The position numbers and the translations under genes are program-made. Positions 1 through 14,816 of a DNA stretch of 64,000 nt are shown here, one piece after another. The stretch comes from Eledone cirrhosa (Eukaryota), in NCBI GenBank assembly GCA_964016885.1, contig OZ024741.1, positions 134,912,001 to 134,976,000 on the forward strand, in the 5' to 3' direction. Every line of letters begins with the position of its first letter. Position 1 is the first letter of the stretch. A model generated the notes under the pieces. It worked only from the letters and a program-made list of their open reading frames with translations, searched no databases and had not been told where the DNA came from.

Positions 1-179
1 AAGACAGATACAGCTTGGCATCAGTGTCGTTGCAACTTACATTTTCCATCTAAAGTGTGTTGCTCAAGGACATAACGTGCGGAATATACAACCTTACGAT
101 TATAACTGGAACACCCTAACTGCTATTCCGTGTGTCTTCACTATTATTGTATAGTAGGTTGATATCCCCCCCACCCCAG

Positions 180-462
180 TCACGAATGACCTAGAAAGTT
201 CCCCTCTGGGCAAAGTTTTGTATGGACAACCAACAGTCGCCCATGCATGCCCGTCTCCCTTTTCCACACTAACGATGTTGTCCAAGGGCCGATACAGCTT
301 GGCACCAGATATGTCGCATCTTATTTCGACAGCTGACTAAAATGGAGTAACGTGAAATAAAGTGTCTTACACAAGGATACAACACACCACCCGGTCCCGG
401 AATCGAACTCACAACCTGACGATTGTAAGCCCAACACTCTAACCACAAAGACATGCGCCTTC
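180..462 (-). mobile_element. tRNA-derived SINE
   Basis: Minus strand head has A-box-like TGGTTAGAGTG and B-box GAGTTCGATTCC. The body (ggccgatacagcttggcaccag...) recurs at 1-110 and 43186-43392. Confidence 0.8.
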
Positions 463-689
463 ATTGTAGTATATAAAATTCATTATTCCCCCAAGTATTG
501 TCACAATCAATAATCTCAATTGGAAAAAGGTGTCGGCTTAGTAAATGCAAATAAGATCCCTGGCCGCCTCAACAGTGAATTCAGTAAATATAACATTTGC
601 CAAGAAATAAGACAATAAATACACTGAAATGGGAAATAGTTAATCATTATATTTCGGTTATATTGGCTAACATCACGACCAATAGACAG

Positions 690-806
690 TCGTTAGAACG
701 TCGGATAGAAGGATTGGCGATAATTGTACCGGTTCTATATGCTCTAAGTTCAAATCCCATCGAAGTCAACTTTACCTTTAATCATTTCGAGATCGAAAAA
801 GTACCA
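690..806 (+). mobile_element. Degenerate SINE with Meta-like central domain
   Basis: B-box agttcaaatccc followed by gtcaactttacctttaatcatttcgagatcgaaaaagtacca, a decayed match to GCCTTTCATCCTTTCGGGGTCGATAAAATAAGTACCAG seen at 22030-22146. Confidence 0.6.
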
Positions 807-1326
807 CCCTAGTATTGCGTTCGATTCTTCCTTACTATATATATATCTATCTTCCCCTCTGTCGTTTTCTCTCTATCTCTTCCTCTCTGTCGTTTTCTCT
901 CTATCTATTCCTCTCTGTCATTTTCTCTCGTTTCCACTCTGTCATTCTCTCTCCCTCTCCCCCTCTCTCTCTTCCACTCTGTCGTTCTCTCTCTCTCTCT
1001 TCCTCTCTATCGCCCCCCCCCCTCGCAAGGTTTATGAATGTGTGGTCAATAAGTTTGTTTCGTAATCACATTTGTCCGGGTGCGATCACCTTGGACAAAT
1101 GTCTTCTGCTATAGCCAAGAAATGACGAAGCTTATGAAACAAAATTAGGCAGACGAAAATTGCGTAGAGATCCGCCGGATGACCTGCGCCTCATTCTATT
1201 CTTGGGTGGTAGATTTAATATATCGGCGGTATTTGAACTCGGAACGACGCCCAGAGCTGAACCAGATGCTGCAAAGCATCCCGCCTGACGACCCTTGAAC
1301 AATTCTGCCAATCCAGCGTCCCTGAA

Positions 1327-1460
1327 CTGGACTGATACTTTATTTTCTGAACCTGAAACGATGAAAGACAAAGTTGACCTTGGCGGGATTTGAACTCAGA
1401 GTGCAGAGAACCGGAAAAACTAGAGAGGTATTTAATCCTACACGCTAACGACTCTGCCAG
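1327..1460 (-). mobile_element. SINE with Meta-like domain
   Basis: Reverse complement of the same family: tactttattt...gatgaaagacaaagttgacct...gatttgaactcag...gctaacgactctgccag. Confidence 0.65.
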
Positions 1461-1524
1461 TACATTATCTTCTTCCTTTCCTTTTGCCAATATCAGTTGG
1501 AAATCTTAATAAATGAGGTCATGG

Positions 1525-1690
1525 CTTCTTCTTCTTCTTCTTCTTCTTCTTCTTCTTCTTCTTCTTCTTCTTCTTCTTTTTCTTCTTCTTCTTCTTCTTC
1601 TTCTTCTTCTTCTTCTTCTTCTTCTTCTTCTTCTTCTTCTTCTTCTTCTTCTTCTTCTTCTTCTTCTTCTTCTTCTTCTTCTTCTTCTTC
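1525..1690. repeat. (TTC)n microsatellite
   Basis: Near-perfect TTC run of about 55 units; explains the poly-E/S/L ORFs. Confidence 0.98.
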
Positions 1691-1846
1691 ACAACCTATG
1701 ATGAGAGAAAACAATAAAAACGACTAAGTCGATCATACAAATTTGTTTATTCAATTTAAAACAACAATTCAATATCGATATCGATAACATTGATCACTGC
1801 TAGAAAGCTGTTAATTAGATTCCACGACACATTGAAGTGTGTGTGT

Positions 1847-2030
1847 TGGACCTCCGTCAGATGTCAAGATGATTGTTCTAGTTGATTCGATCAACTGAAC
1901 AGCCTGCGAGTGACCGAAGTAATATTCATTGAGGTTCATTTTGACTCTGTTTATGACAAGGCTATGCTTTGAAGTATAGGTACAAGTAATTTGTTCCCCA
2001 GCCGACTGGACTGGAGCGTCGCGAAATAGA
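1847..2030 (-). mobile_element. SINE body fragment
   Basis: ggacctccgtc...gttgattcgatcaactgaacagcctgc...gactggagc matches the copies at 18830-19475. Confidence 0.6.
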
Positions 2031-2295
2031 GGCAGGGTATCTTGGGAAAGGTTTCCTTACCAAACCTTTGGGTGGACCGAAGCCCTGTGAAGGGAATTGG
2101 GAGGATACAACTGTCCATATGGTAGCCCTAATCCTTCACGGGTCAATAGTCACCATCGCCACCTACACCCCTCAACGCCGCCGTCCCCTACCACCACTAT
2201 AATCCCCTTCTCCGACCCTAACCCATGAAAGAGTAAAACAATATGGTGACCAATAGTGTCTACGTATCCCGATTTCAAAGATAATTATATATATA

Positions 2296-4230
<1,935 letters not shown>

Positions 4231-4412
4231 ATATGTGTGTTGTTATATATAAATATATATTGTTATGCTTTGGGAGGGTCATGTTGCCAATAAGAAACAC
4301 ACGCACCAGTTGCTTTCACTCCAATTTATTATAAGATAAATTTATAAATTTAAGAATTTATAAATTTCCGGTTGGTTAGTTGGTTCCACAACCGGACAGT
4401 TGTTCATATATT

Positions 4413-4455
4413 GTCAAAGTTCTTTCGTCACACATTCTGTAACCTCTTCAGTGAC
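4413..4455 (-). ncRNA. Minimal type I hammerhead ribozyme (inverted pLTR copy)
   Basis: Reverse complement reads gtca-CTGAAGA-g-gttac agaatgt gtgac-GAAA-g aa c-TT-tgac. Confidence 0.65.
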
Positions 4456-4692
4456 TGGGGATTCTTTTCTTTGTTTTTGTGCCTCTCCTTTGTTCTGTCC
4501 TACGCCATCTTGTTTTTTTGTATGTGTGTTGTGTGCTTAGTTTGCGCATGTGTTACATCCGGGTGTCTGTGTGTGTTTATATTTGTTTATTTATTTGTTT
4601 ATTTACATGTTACTGGTTGGTTGTTTGTTCTATGTGTGTGTGTGTGTTTTCATTTTGTCCTTAATTGTAAGTTGTGATGTTGCTATTTCATT

Positions 4693-7600
4693 TAAAATAC
4701 TGAAACAAGATACTGAAAACCACAATGTTTTGTTGTCTACGAAAAACAATAACATCTCGACAACTACACTTCATAAAAGAATGTACCTCGTCCCGAGTTT
4801 ACACCAACACCATCAACACCGATGTAAGAAGATTACAACTCACCAAAAAGCAAGCAGATAGGCTAAAACGAACACTAATTCTAACCATAAAAAAGGAGAT
4901 TTACAGAGAATTAAGTCATCAAGAAAAACATAAGCATAACCTAATACAAGAAATAACTAAGATCACCACACCAAGAGAAAAATTAATATATATAAACCTT
5001 ATATGTCTCGAAGAAAAGTACATTGTTCAAGAATGTGACAAGCACTTTAACAAGAAACTAAGGTGACTCAAACAGATGAAACTAGACCAAGAAACTTTAG
5101 AGAATAGCGATAGATATCCTGACAAGATTGACGATATAAACATGGCCGACATCTCATTAACAGATGAATTCAACAACACAAATGTATACGGTAACATTAC
5201 AGTCGACTCTGATGAATTATCGATATTACAGCTAGCACCTAAATATGCCACTTATAATAAGGTAAATATGATAAAATGCTTGTCAGAAATAGAAAAATCA
5301 TTTACAAAATTACGTTGGAGCCTCAAAAACAAAAACAAAAGTAACAACATACGCACACACACACACACGCATACAACACACATCCCAACAACAACAGACA
5401 CACAGACACAAACAACGATAACAACAACACAAACATCAACAATAATAACATACTCAGAAACAACAACAACAGACACACAGACACAAACAACAATAACAAC
5501 ACACACAATAATAATAACATACACGGAGACAACAACACCAACACACATCAACAACAGCACACATCAACAACAACAACCACAACAACACACACACATTCTA
5601 TGCCTCTCACCACCACCAAACACACAGAAACAGAAAACAGGTAATGAGAGTAACACAGAAGTAAGGGAAGGTAATGGGATTGAAAGGAGAAGGGAGACTA
5701 TCAATACTGACAGAGAAAATAACCATGTAGAACACACAGACACACAACATAGAGTAGATAATAACAATGAGCCAGAGGAAAGAGACAGGAGTAATAATGA
5801 GAGACATAGAAACAACCATGAGGTTGTTGGTGGTAATAGATATAGAAACAACACAACTAACAATAACAATAGCAATAGTACACATAAAGCAGCAGCCAGG
5901 AATTCTACTTTTTATAATCCTTCCGATATGTCCTTCGACCTACGACGAGTCCACGCCACGACTTTAGCTTTTAACAAACGCATGCAATTGCCGTCGCAGG
6001 CCGATGAACAAACAGAAGCACAATTTAGTATAGCTAGATCTAAACTTAGAAATATTATAGAACAGTATAGCAAGAAGCAAAATAGAATGGAGGCCCAGCA
6101 ACTGGGAGAAAAATCTGCAAATGGCTTGCGTAAGCTCATGCAGTGCTCGCATAATGGAGAGATTGCATGCTTTCCAACAGACAAGTCTGGCAGAATATCG
6201 GTTGACAGTCTGTCAAACTACATCCAAGCAATGCAACCCACATCACTAATACAAGAGAACTAACACCACAAGAGCATGAGGATAGGGAGAAAACCCTCAA
6301 TGCCCATATGATGATGTGGACAAACATAATGCAGCCCAATAAAAGGACTGCCAATAACTTCCAGGCCTGGAACAATGATGTGCCAGGGTTGTATGGGCTT
6401 CGAAAAGACCATATAACGAGCAGTGACTCAGTCACAGGACCACCAACACGGCTATTCTGTGGCGCGAACATTGCTAGTAACTACAGACTTTCCTACTTTC
6501 TCTCCCTGATCATACGCCCCATCATTGAAATGTCCCGAGATATATGTGACAGCACGGAGGACCTCCTCAGCAGAATCAGCGAAAATAACCGATCTAGGGA
6601 CCTAACAGACTGTATAATAGGTAGTATGGATGTTGTGTCCCTATATCCATCCATTGACGTGGATTTTGCAGTGGCGAAATGCGTAGAAATGATCAGTGAG
6701 AGCAATGTTGAATTCCGTGGGATTGATACCAGTAAGCTGGGACTCCTACTTAAACTTAACTATAGTAATGATTATCTAGATACATATGACCTTAGCAGCC
6801 TGTGCCCTACAAGACCAGCAAGAGGCAGACCACCTACCATTACCTCAATGGCCAAGAAAACCCACACAGATAGATGGAACGGGTGGACCAGAGCCATACG
6901 GACCCCCGAAAACCACGATGAGCTAAAGAAAATGATTGCACATGCGGTGGGGGCCAGTATAAAATTAACCCTTAAGGAACATATGTTCAAATTTAATGGA
7001 AAAACCTATGCCCAAGAGGAGAGAGCAGCCATTGGTGTTAGCATTGCAGGTGACATAGCTAACCTATTCATGGTATGGTGGGACAATAGACTTAAACTTA
7101 AACTTAAAGAACAATTAGAAGAGAGCAACCTCTTAACCCTGATAATGCACTCTCGTTACGTTGATGATATAAACATCGTTGTAAACCCCGCCCACTAGAG
7201 AGCAGTCAGGAATTAGAGAAAAACACCATGGAAAGCATCCAGCAATTAGCTAACGCCATCCACCAGAGTATTAGAGTTACTATAGACTACCCAAGCAAAC
7301 ACCCCAACCATCGATTACCTGTACTAGAGCCCTGGTTAGAAACTATTAATAACAAAAAAAACAAATCCTCCATTCCCATTATGCCAAACCCATGACTTCC
7401 AAATATCTGATCCACCGAAACTCAGCTGTTTCGGACCACACCAAAATCAACATACTGATTGCGGATTTGTTACGGGTGATGAGAAACGTGTCCCGCATGT
7501 GCAACCCCAAAGAAATAGAGAGACACATACAACACTACATCCACCGTATGTAGTTCTCTGGTTACAATCAGAGAGATAAAATCAGAGTATATAGAGGAGC

Positions 7601-8282
7601 CAGAACCAAATGGGAAAAAATGGTAAATAATGATACAAATGGGACCTGCCCCTTGTATAGGAGCAAATTTTGGAATAGAATAGAAAGAACTAGGAATAAG
7701 GTTAATAGAGTAAACTCATGGTATGATAGCAATAAATACCAGAGTGTAATGTTCATCAATACAAACACTAGAGGTGAATTAGCTTACAAATTTAGAAGGG
7801 CCCTAGATAAACATAAACTTAATATTAAGATAGTAGAAAGACCAGGTACCTCCATAAAAACACTTATTAGCAATACATACCCTTTTCAAAGACCTCTCTG
7901 TATAGATAAGAAATGCATAATCTGTAAACTAAGCCCCTATATTAACTGTAAAACTAGAAATGTAGTATATAGTATGAGATGTAATGAAGGACAATGTAGA
8001 GATAAGAATATAGTGTACATAGGTGAGACAGCTCGTAGTATAGGAGAACGGATAAATGAACACTGGCGAGAGCTTCAAGATAGAAAAGAATCATCTGTAC
8101 TCCACCAACATGCTAAAATAGAACATAAGGGTAAATTAGAGAACATAGAAATAAAAATAGAATCTACACACAGAAAAGACGCAATGTTTAGACAAATCAC
8201 AGAGGCAATAAACATAAATGAACTCCAACCAAAATTAAATAGAAAATATGAATGGAATAGCAACATCACAACTTACAATTAA
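4693..8282 (+). pseudogene. PLE polyprotein (RT + C-terminal GIY-YIG), disrupted
   Basis: PTDKSG, GSMDVVSLYPSI, AIGVSIAGDIANLFM, RYVDD, Cys linker, VVYSMRC...YIGETARSIGERINEH, EAINI..LN. Stops and frameshifts at ~5064, 6240, 7196, 7551. Confidence 0.9.
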
Positions 8283-8483
8283 GGACAAAATGAAAACACA
8301 CACACACATAGAACACACAACCAACCAGTAACATGTACATAAACAAATAAATAAACAAATATAAACACGCACAGACACCCGGATGTAACACATGCGCAAA
8401 CTAAGCACACTAGACACACACAAAAACAAGATGGCGTAGGACAGAACAAAGGAGAGGCACAAAAACAAAGAAAAGAATCGCCA

Positions 8484-8526
8484 GTCACTGAAGAGGTCAC
8501 AGAATGTGTGACGAAAGAACTTTGAC
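8484..8526 (+). ncRNA. Minimal type I hammerhead ribozyme in PLE pLTR
   Basis: Stem I gtca/tgac; core CTGAAGA; stem II gtcaca/tgtgac after an extra G; GAAA; stem III A-U, G-C; cleavage triplet CUU. Confidence 0.72.
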
Positions 8527-8736
8527 AATATATGAACAACCGTCCGGTTGTGGAACCAACCAACCAACCAACCGGAAATTTATAAATTCTTAAATTTATA
8601 AATTTAACTTATACTAAATTGGAGTGAAAGCAACTGGTGCGTGTGTTTCTTATTGGCAACATGACCCTCCCAGAGCATAACAATATCGGTTTCAACACGT
8701 TTTCAGATATAGAATCTTGCTTAACAAATTCAGAAA

Positions 8737-8778
<42 letters not shown>

Positions 8779-9259
8779 TAAAAGAGAAAACACAGGTAAG
8801 CATTAAGAGAAGGAGTTTATCCAGGTATTTACGACCGTTTTAATTGGTAAGTGCAACCTTATATTGCTATACTGCAAATAGCAGCCACTCAATTATAATT
8901 GTTGTTCACAGTCCAAATTTTCAAAATAGTAAGTTACTCTTGAAATAATTCTTAATATATAGAGAAAAACATTTATTTGGAATTGTATTTACTAGTATAT
9001 AGAGAGAGGAATCAGGAGGTGAGGGGACAGACGGAATAGTATAGAGAGAGAGGAAGGGGGAAGAGGTAGGAAGTAGAATGACTAACTGAGATGGAGGGAG
9101 GGGTAGAGGTGGAAGGATTCCTTGGTCAGTTTTGATAGCAGACTTCATGTCGTGGAATGTAGTGAGTTAAAGAGTATTAAATTGATCATAGTGGGAGGGA
9201 TGGATAGAGAGGGAGAGAGAGAGAGGGGGGGGGGGGAGATATAAAGAGATAAATATATA

Positions 9260-12064
9260 TATGTCATCTTGCACGCTAGAAACACTCTACTCTTTACCGA
9301 TAATGACACTTGGGTAAAAATATCTAACCCAGAGAGCCCATTCGATGTCTCAATGGGCTCTTATGACAGTGCTGATGTTTGTGATTTAGTCGGCCTATTC
9401 CTCCTACACACACTTAAAGAAAAATTCCCTAATCATATTTTGGGCTTTATCGCGACGATGGTCTAATACTTTCCCATACTACTATAGGCCATAACTTAGA
9501 TAGATTAAGGAAAGACTTAATAAAAACCTTTGCTAGTTTTAGTCTTAAAATTACTATTGACACTAACCTTTCCAATGTAAATTTCCTAGATATAAACCTA
9601 GATTTGCCTACTGCTTCTTATAAACCATACCATAAACCTAATGAAAATTTAAAATATTTAAATAAAGGCTCTTGCCATCCTCCTATAGTTTTTAAAAACC
9701 TTATCCCTAATATTAGCCGTAGGATCTCCACCCTCTCTTCCTCAGAAGCTATTTTCAATAAGGCATCCCCCTACTATAATAAAGCCCTCCAAAATAGCGG
9801 TTTTAGCGAACCGATTAAATACATACCCAACTATACTAACTCTATTAAACATAATAACAGGAAAAGAAAAATAATCTGGTTCACACCCCCCTACTCTCTA
9901 GCAGTTAAAACTAATGTAGGCAAAACATTCCTAGAGCTCTTAGATAAACATTTCCCCAGAACACAAAGATACTATAAGATCTTTAACAGAAACTGTGTCA
10001 AAATTAGCTACGCCTGCGGTCCCCCTATTAAATCTTATATAATCAACAAAAAATCACCCAGAGAACATCAAAATTGCTCTTTAGAATCAAAAGTGAATGC
10101 CCATTACAAGGTAAATGCAACACCAAAGCCATTGTATATGCGGCTAAAGTGACAACCATCAGCAACAACCAACCAGCCACCAGTGAACGATATGTGGGTA
10201 TGACGCAAGACAAATTCAAAACGCGTTATTACTCACATGTCGCATCCTTTCGACATCCAGAAAAAAGATTTACAACAGCTCTGGCTAGCAGAATATGGGA
10301 TTTGAAAGACCAAGGTATCCAATATAAATTGGATTGGTCAATTTTGAACCAATCTAAAGAATATGCAAGAGGAACAAGAAAATGCACGCCCTGCATAAAT
10401 GAAAAATATTGGATTTTGCAAAACCTTAAATCACCAAAGACCTGCCTAAACACAAAGACAGAAATTTTCACCAGTTGCCCACACATGAAATCACACCTGC
10501 TTTCCAGCTCATATAAACTTAACACACTTTCAGATACTTATCCTCCATAAGCTCTTATTCTTCACTCAAATTTATTCTCTTTAAGACTACCTTTTCTGAT
10601 TTACTTTCATTTTTAACCTTATTATTAATTTTATTTTTATTTTTATTTTTATTTTTATTTTTATTTTTATTTTTACTTCACATCCACCACTAACCCCCCC
10701 CCACTTTACTCTCCGATTCACTTACCTAATATCTTCACTTTCCACCTTTTACTTCCCTATTTTCTTCACTACCTGATTACAAAAGTCACTTGCGTTTTCC
10801 ACCCCAGATATTTTCTGTTATTTCGCAGCCAGTTTTATATATTTATATATTTTTATATTTGCACTCACTCATTCACAAGGCTGTTTGTACACCCTGTCTC
10901 TATGTGTCTGATCGTCTTTACGTGTGTATACTTTCTGTATATGTACACGAACGCCTCCGTATGTACGCGCGCGTGCGTGTATATATATATATATATATGT
11001 GTTTGTATGTGTGTTTTTATATCTGTGTCTTTACATCCATGTTTTTGTACATTCTTATTTTTATGTGTGTGCATGTTAGCGGGTCAACGTGCGTGAGTGT
11101 ATGTATGTGTGTGTGTGTGAGTGTGTACGTACTGCATATATGGATGTGTATGTGTGCGTGTATATATATATATATATATATTTATGTGTGTGTATGTGTT
11201 GTGTGCGTATACAGTCGCGTACGTATGCGTATTAGATATACACGGGCCGATGTGTATGTATATATATATATGTGCATCCTGTGTGTGTATGTACGCTTGC
11301 ATACGCTTTTGTCTGCACCTTTTGCGTGTATATATATATACTTTTATAGATATATGTTTCTTTTAGATATATGTGTGTATGTACGTGTGTACCTTGTTTG
11401 TTTTCTTTTCTTTACTTTGCAAATTATTGTTCCATTCTTATATTTATATCGAGAATGATACTTTCTTTTTACTATTACATTCCCTTACCTCTTTTTCTTC
11501 CGCATATAAGTGTACGCGCGTGCGTGTGTGTTTATACGCGTGCCTTCATATTCTTATAATGTATCTAACACCCTGTTTTCTCTGTATACCTGTCAACCAA
11601 ACATTCATATCATGTGTGCGTCTATCGTTACATATACACAGATATACTCGCCCTAATACATATATTTACGCACACATTTTCACTCTACACACGCATTTGT
11701 ACATACATACATATGTATATCTGTGAGTGTATATACATACATATACACACACCTAAATATATTTCTTAAAATATTTTTTTATATATTTTATATTTTATAT
11801 GTCTATTGTATTACCTTCATCTATATATATATAATTTTTCTTGCATTTCTTGAGGAGACTTTCAAAATATTTATCTATGTTTTATATTGCCTCGTCCGAC
11901 GAACGAATGAAGATGTCTCTTTCGTATTCGTCTTATTCGGGAAACCTCTGGTAATGAGGTAATTATTTTGTATTGATTTTTTATACATAAAATTTTGCTC
12001 TGGTACCTACATAGAGCACTCTTCACTCCTATGATTTTTTCTATTTTCAACGGAAACTTCAATA

Positions 12065-12067
<3 letters not shown>
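9260..12067 (+). mobile_element. 5'-truncated Naiad-type Penelope-like element
   Basis: MGSYDSADVCDLVG, GLYRDDGL (~9440), NFLDINLDL, RKRKIIWFTPPYS...FNRNCVKISY, CPLQGKC..VY..YVGMT..FKTRYYSH, CTPCINEK..LN..CPH. Frameshifted, stop at 10550. Long TG/TA-rich 3' region with a hammerhead, ending at (TA)n. Confidence 0.85.
11887..11962 (+). ncRNA. Variant hammerhead ribozyme (core CCGACGA)
   Basis: 9-bp stem I ttgcctcgt/atgaggtaa; CCGACGA; stem II cgaat(g)aaga/tcttattcg; GAAA-cc-tct-gg-TA (GUA site). Confidence 0.65.
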
Positions 12068-12133
<66 letters not shown>

Positions 12134-12140
<7 letters not shown>

Positions 12141-12900
12141 GATAAAGATAATAATGACAAAAATAAAAGCAAAGAAGGGAGTGAGAAAGAAGAAAAGAAA
12201 AGATAGCCAAGAAGGGGAGGGAAGGAAGGAAGAAAACGAAGAAATAGAAGTGGAATGAGGGAGAAGAGGGGGATATATGTATTGGTTTTGTGGGTAATTA
12301 AAAGGGTTTAGATACAACAAGAGGGTATAAAGTCTAAGTATATGCAGTTTGTCAGTTGGTAGTAAGAGGTTAAGGGTTCGATTTGTAGTGCGAAAACTTC
12401 TCTTTGAGTCTATGGTTACAATAAATTGATCTCTCGATTTTATTGTTGAGTAACTTATTCTTCGAACTTAAGATGTGGAACAGCTCAAGGTCGCATAATC
12501 GACAGCTTCTCATACCACTCCGATATGGGGGCGCGTTCGATAATTTTTTCCACTTCAGGGTGTATTGATGGTTACTTTCCCTCAGTTGCCAGGTCTTGTT
12601 TGCAAGTGTTAGTAGTTACATAACAGTGCTGGCAATGTTTAATTGCGTAACGGTGTGTATACCAACGGGCTTTAAATGTATTCCCAGTCGCTCCGATGTA
12701 ATACCATTTCTGGTTGTCTGATTCCACTGTGCATTGGTAAACCAGGTTAGACTGCATACATTCATTATGTAATGGACAGGCTTCAGGTAGGTGGCAGTTA
12801 CAGTTCTTGTCATGGTCAACTTTGGCATTATTTGTGGGCTGCGATGCCTGAACAAGTGTGTTACGTTTTGTTTGCCTATTAGCGGGTGGTTGTGTATTAG
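12134..12900 (-). mobile_element. 3' fragment of a second Naiad-type PLE (GIY-YIG)
   Basis: CNCHLPEACPLHNEC..LVYQCTV..YYIGATGNTFKARWYTH, then in another frame TWQLRE..LKW..CRLCDLE..LLNNK..CNH; stop at ~12370. Bounded by (TA)n on both sides. Confidence 0.85.
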
Positions 12901-12920
12901 ATATTCTATATATTCTATAT

Positions 12921-13003
<83 letters not shown>

Positions 13004-13030
13004 ATAGAGGTGTAACACACAAGTTATGAT

Positions 13031-13411
13031 ATATTGGTAAAAGGAAAAGAAAATGCTGACAAATTGTTTCCAGTGAAAAATAGTTTAATTAGGAATAAGT
13101 AAAAATTAGTAATAGTATTGGTTAGTATTCAGTTTTGGTTTTAAGTTTTACCGGTTGCGCATTTCTAATGCTTTTCAAAAATAATTTTGAGATAGAGCGC
13201 CCGTGATGTTTGCTCTAATCTGATTAGTTTTGGAAATTCTACCTGTTTTATGTAAAAAAAGTGGCTCCAGATGTATGAAAAAATTCTTGTGGTCAAAACA
13301 ATTTTGATTGGTCGGTAGAGGTCATGTGAATGTTAAAAATTGATTTTGCGCCAAATGTAGGTTTGTCTCGGCTGATTGAGAAGTCACTGAAAAATAAGTC
13401 TCTCAAGACAA

Positions 13412-13455
<44 letters not shown>

Positions 13456-13560
13456 TAGTAGTAGTAGTAGTATTAAAGAGGTTCGTTGTTGTGATAATGG
13501 TCAGCAGGGATGTGTGTGCGAACCGCAGCCTGTTGACAGTTCAAATGCCTATTAAGACAA

Positions 13561-13591
<31 letters not shown>

Positions 13592-14767
13592 TGTGTGTGT
13601 ATCAGAGTAATTCGTGGTAGAGGGATGGTCAGTAGGAATGTGTCTGTACGTGTGTGGGGGATATTTTAACATGTTAAAAGATATTTTTCAGCTCTTGTCT
13701 TATACGGAGAAGTGTGTGTGTGTATATGTCTCTTTGTTTGTTAATGTACGCGTGTGTATGTGTGTGTGTATATATGTGTGTGTGTGTGTATATATATGTG
13801 TGTGTGTGGGTGGACCAGTATTTTTGTGATACTGGTAAAATGGTGTACATTATTCGATATTTTCAGTAAAAACGATTCTCTCAATAGAACATCAAAAACC
13901 TTAATAATAAAAGGTGTGAAATGATATATAGTATTGGCATAATACCAAGGTGTGTGTGAGTGTCCAGATTGTACGTACTGCAAGGGGAATCCATTAGGCC
14001 TTGCCGTATTGGAATACTTGTGTACAAATATGTATGTGCCCATCAGTGTGCAATGCATGTGTGCGTATATGTATGTGTGTGCGTCGGCACGTTTATATCT
14101 ATAGACATCAAAAGGTATGCAAATTTGTGTATATTTGTGTTGCACCATAGAACATGTGTGTTTACGTATGTCATTGTATTTATATGTGGATAGATATGTA
14201 TGCTGATGTAGGTATGTATGTTGACGTGTGTATGTTGTGGGTTCATCTCAGGGAGAAGTGTTTAGACGGGGTCCGTATTTGTTAATAAAGTGAGATTCCT
14301 TGCTGATGCGCTGGGTGTGGGTGGCATTATCTTTAAATTTGTAGAGGGGAAAGATTCTGAAGTTGGGATGATTTTGGGCGGCACAGGTATCAATGTGTTC
14401 ACTCAGTGGTATTTTCCTGTATTCCCGTATTTTAATTTGGGATCTATGGACAGTCATGCGTTGGCGGAGGCTGTTTTTGGTCTGGCCTATCGACCAATCA
14501 AAATTATTTTGATCACAAGAATTTTTTCATACATCTGGAGCCACTTCTTTTACATAAAACAGGTAGAATTTCCAAAACTAATCAGATTAGAGCAAACATC
14601 ACGGGCGCTCTATCTCAAAATTATTTTTGAAAAGCATTAGAAATGCGCAACCGGTGAAACTTAAAACCAAAACTGAATACTAACCAATACTATTACTAAT
14701 TTTTACTTATTCCTAATTAAACTATTTTTCACTGGAAACAATTTGTCAGCATTTTCTTTTCCTTTTA

Positions 14768-14774
<7 letters not shown>
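13031..14774 (-). mobile_element. Heavily 5'-truncated PLE with ~290-bp inverted terminal repeat
   Basis: 13031-13318 is the reverse complement of 14487-14774. GIY-YIG tail IGQTKNSLRQRMTVHRSQI...LSEHI...KESHFINKYGPRLN at 14248-14490. Confidence 0.88.

Positions 14775-14816
<42 letters not shown>

Larger units (their letters stand above)
4257..8686 (+). mobile_element. Near-full-length Penelope-like retroelement with ~435-bp inverted terminal repeat
   Basis: 4257-4692 is the reverse complement of 8251-8686. The interior encodes RT and GIY-YIG remnants. Confidence 0.92.

Noticed and set aside
380-462. tRNA gene
   Set aside because: A and B boxes only, no complete cloverleaf, and attached to a SINE body.
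1493-1727. Poly-E/S/L ORFs and the many [12 protein letters not shown] ORFs across the window
   Set aside because: Translations of microsatellites and satellites.
5064-5066. In-frame TGA in the PLE ORF as possible selenocysteine
   Set aside because: Context KKLR*L fits a mutated Trp codon; the element has other lesions and no SECIS was seen.
9260-12900. Selenoprotein-type Naiad elements
   Set aside because: The Cys motifs I could read use TGT/TGC; I found no in-frame UGA at those sites and no SECIS.
14560-14632. Possible hammerhead in the second inverted pLTR (CTAATCA..stem..AAAA)
   Set aside because: Three core positions deviate in both arms; too degenerate to call.
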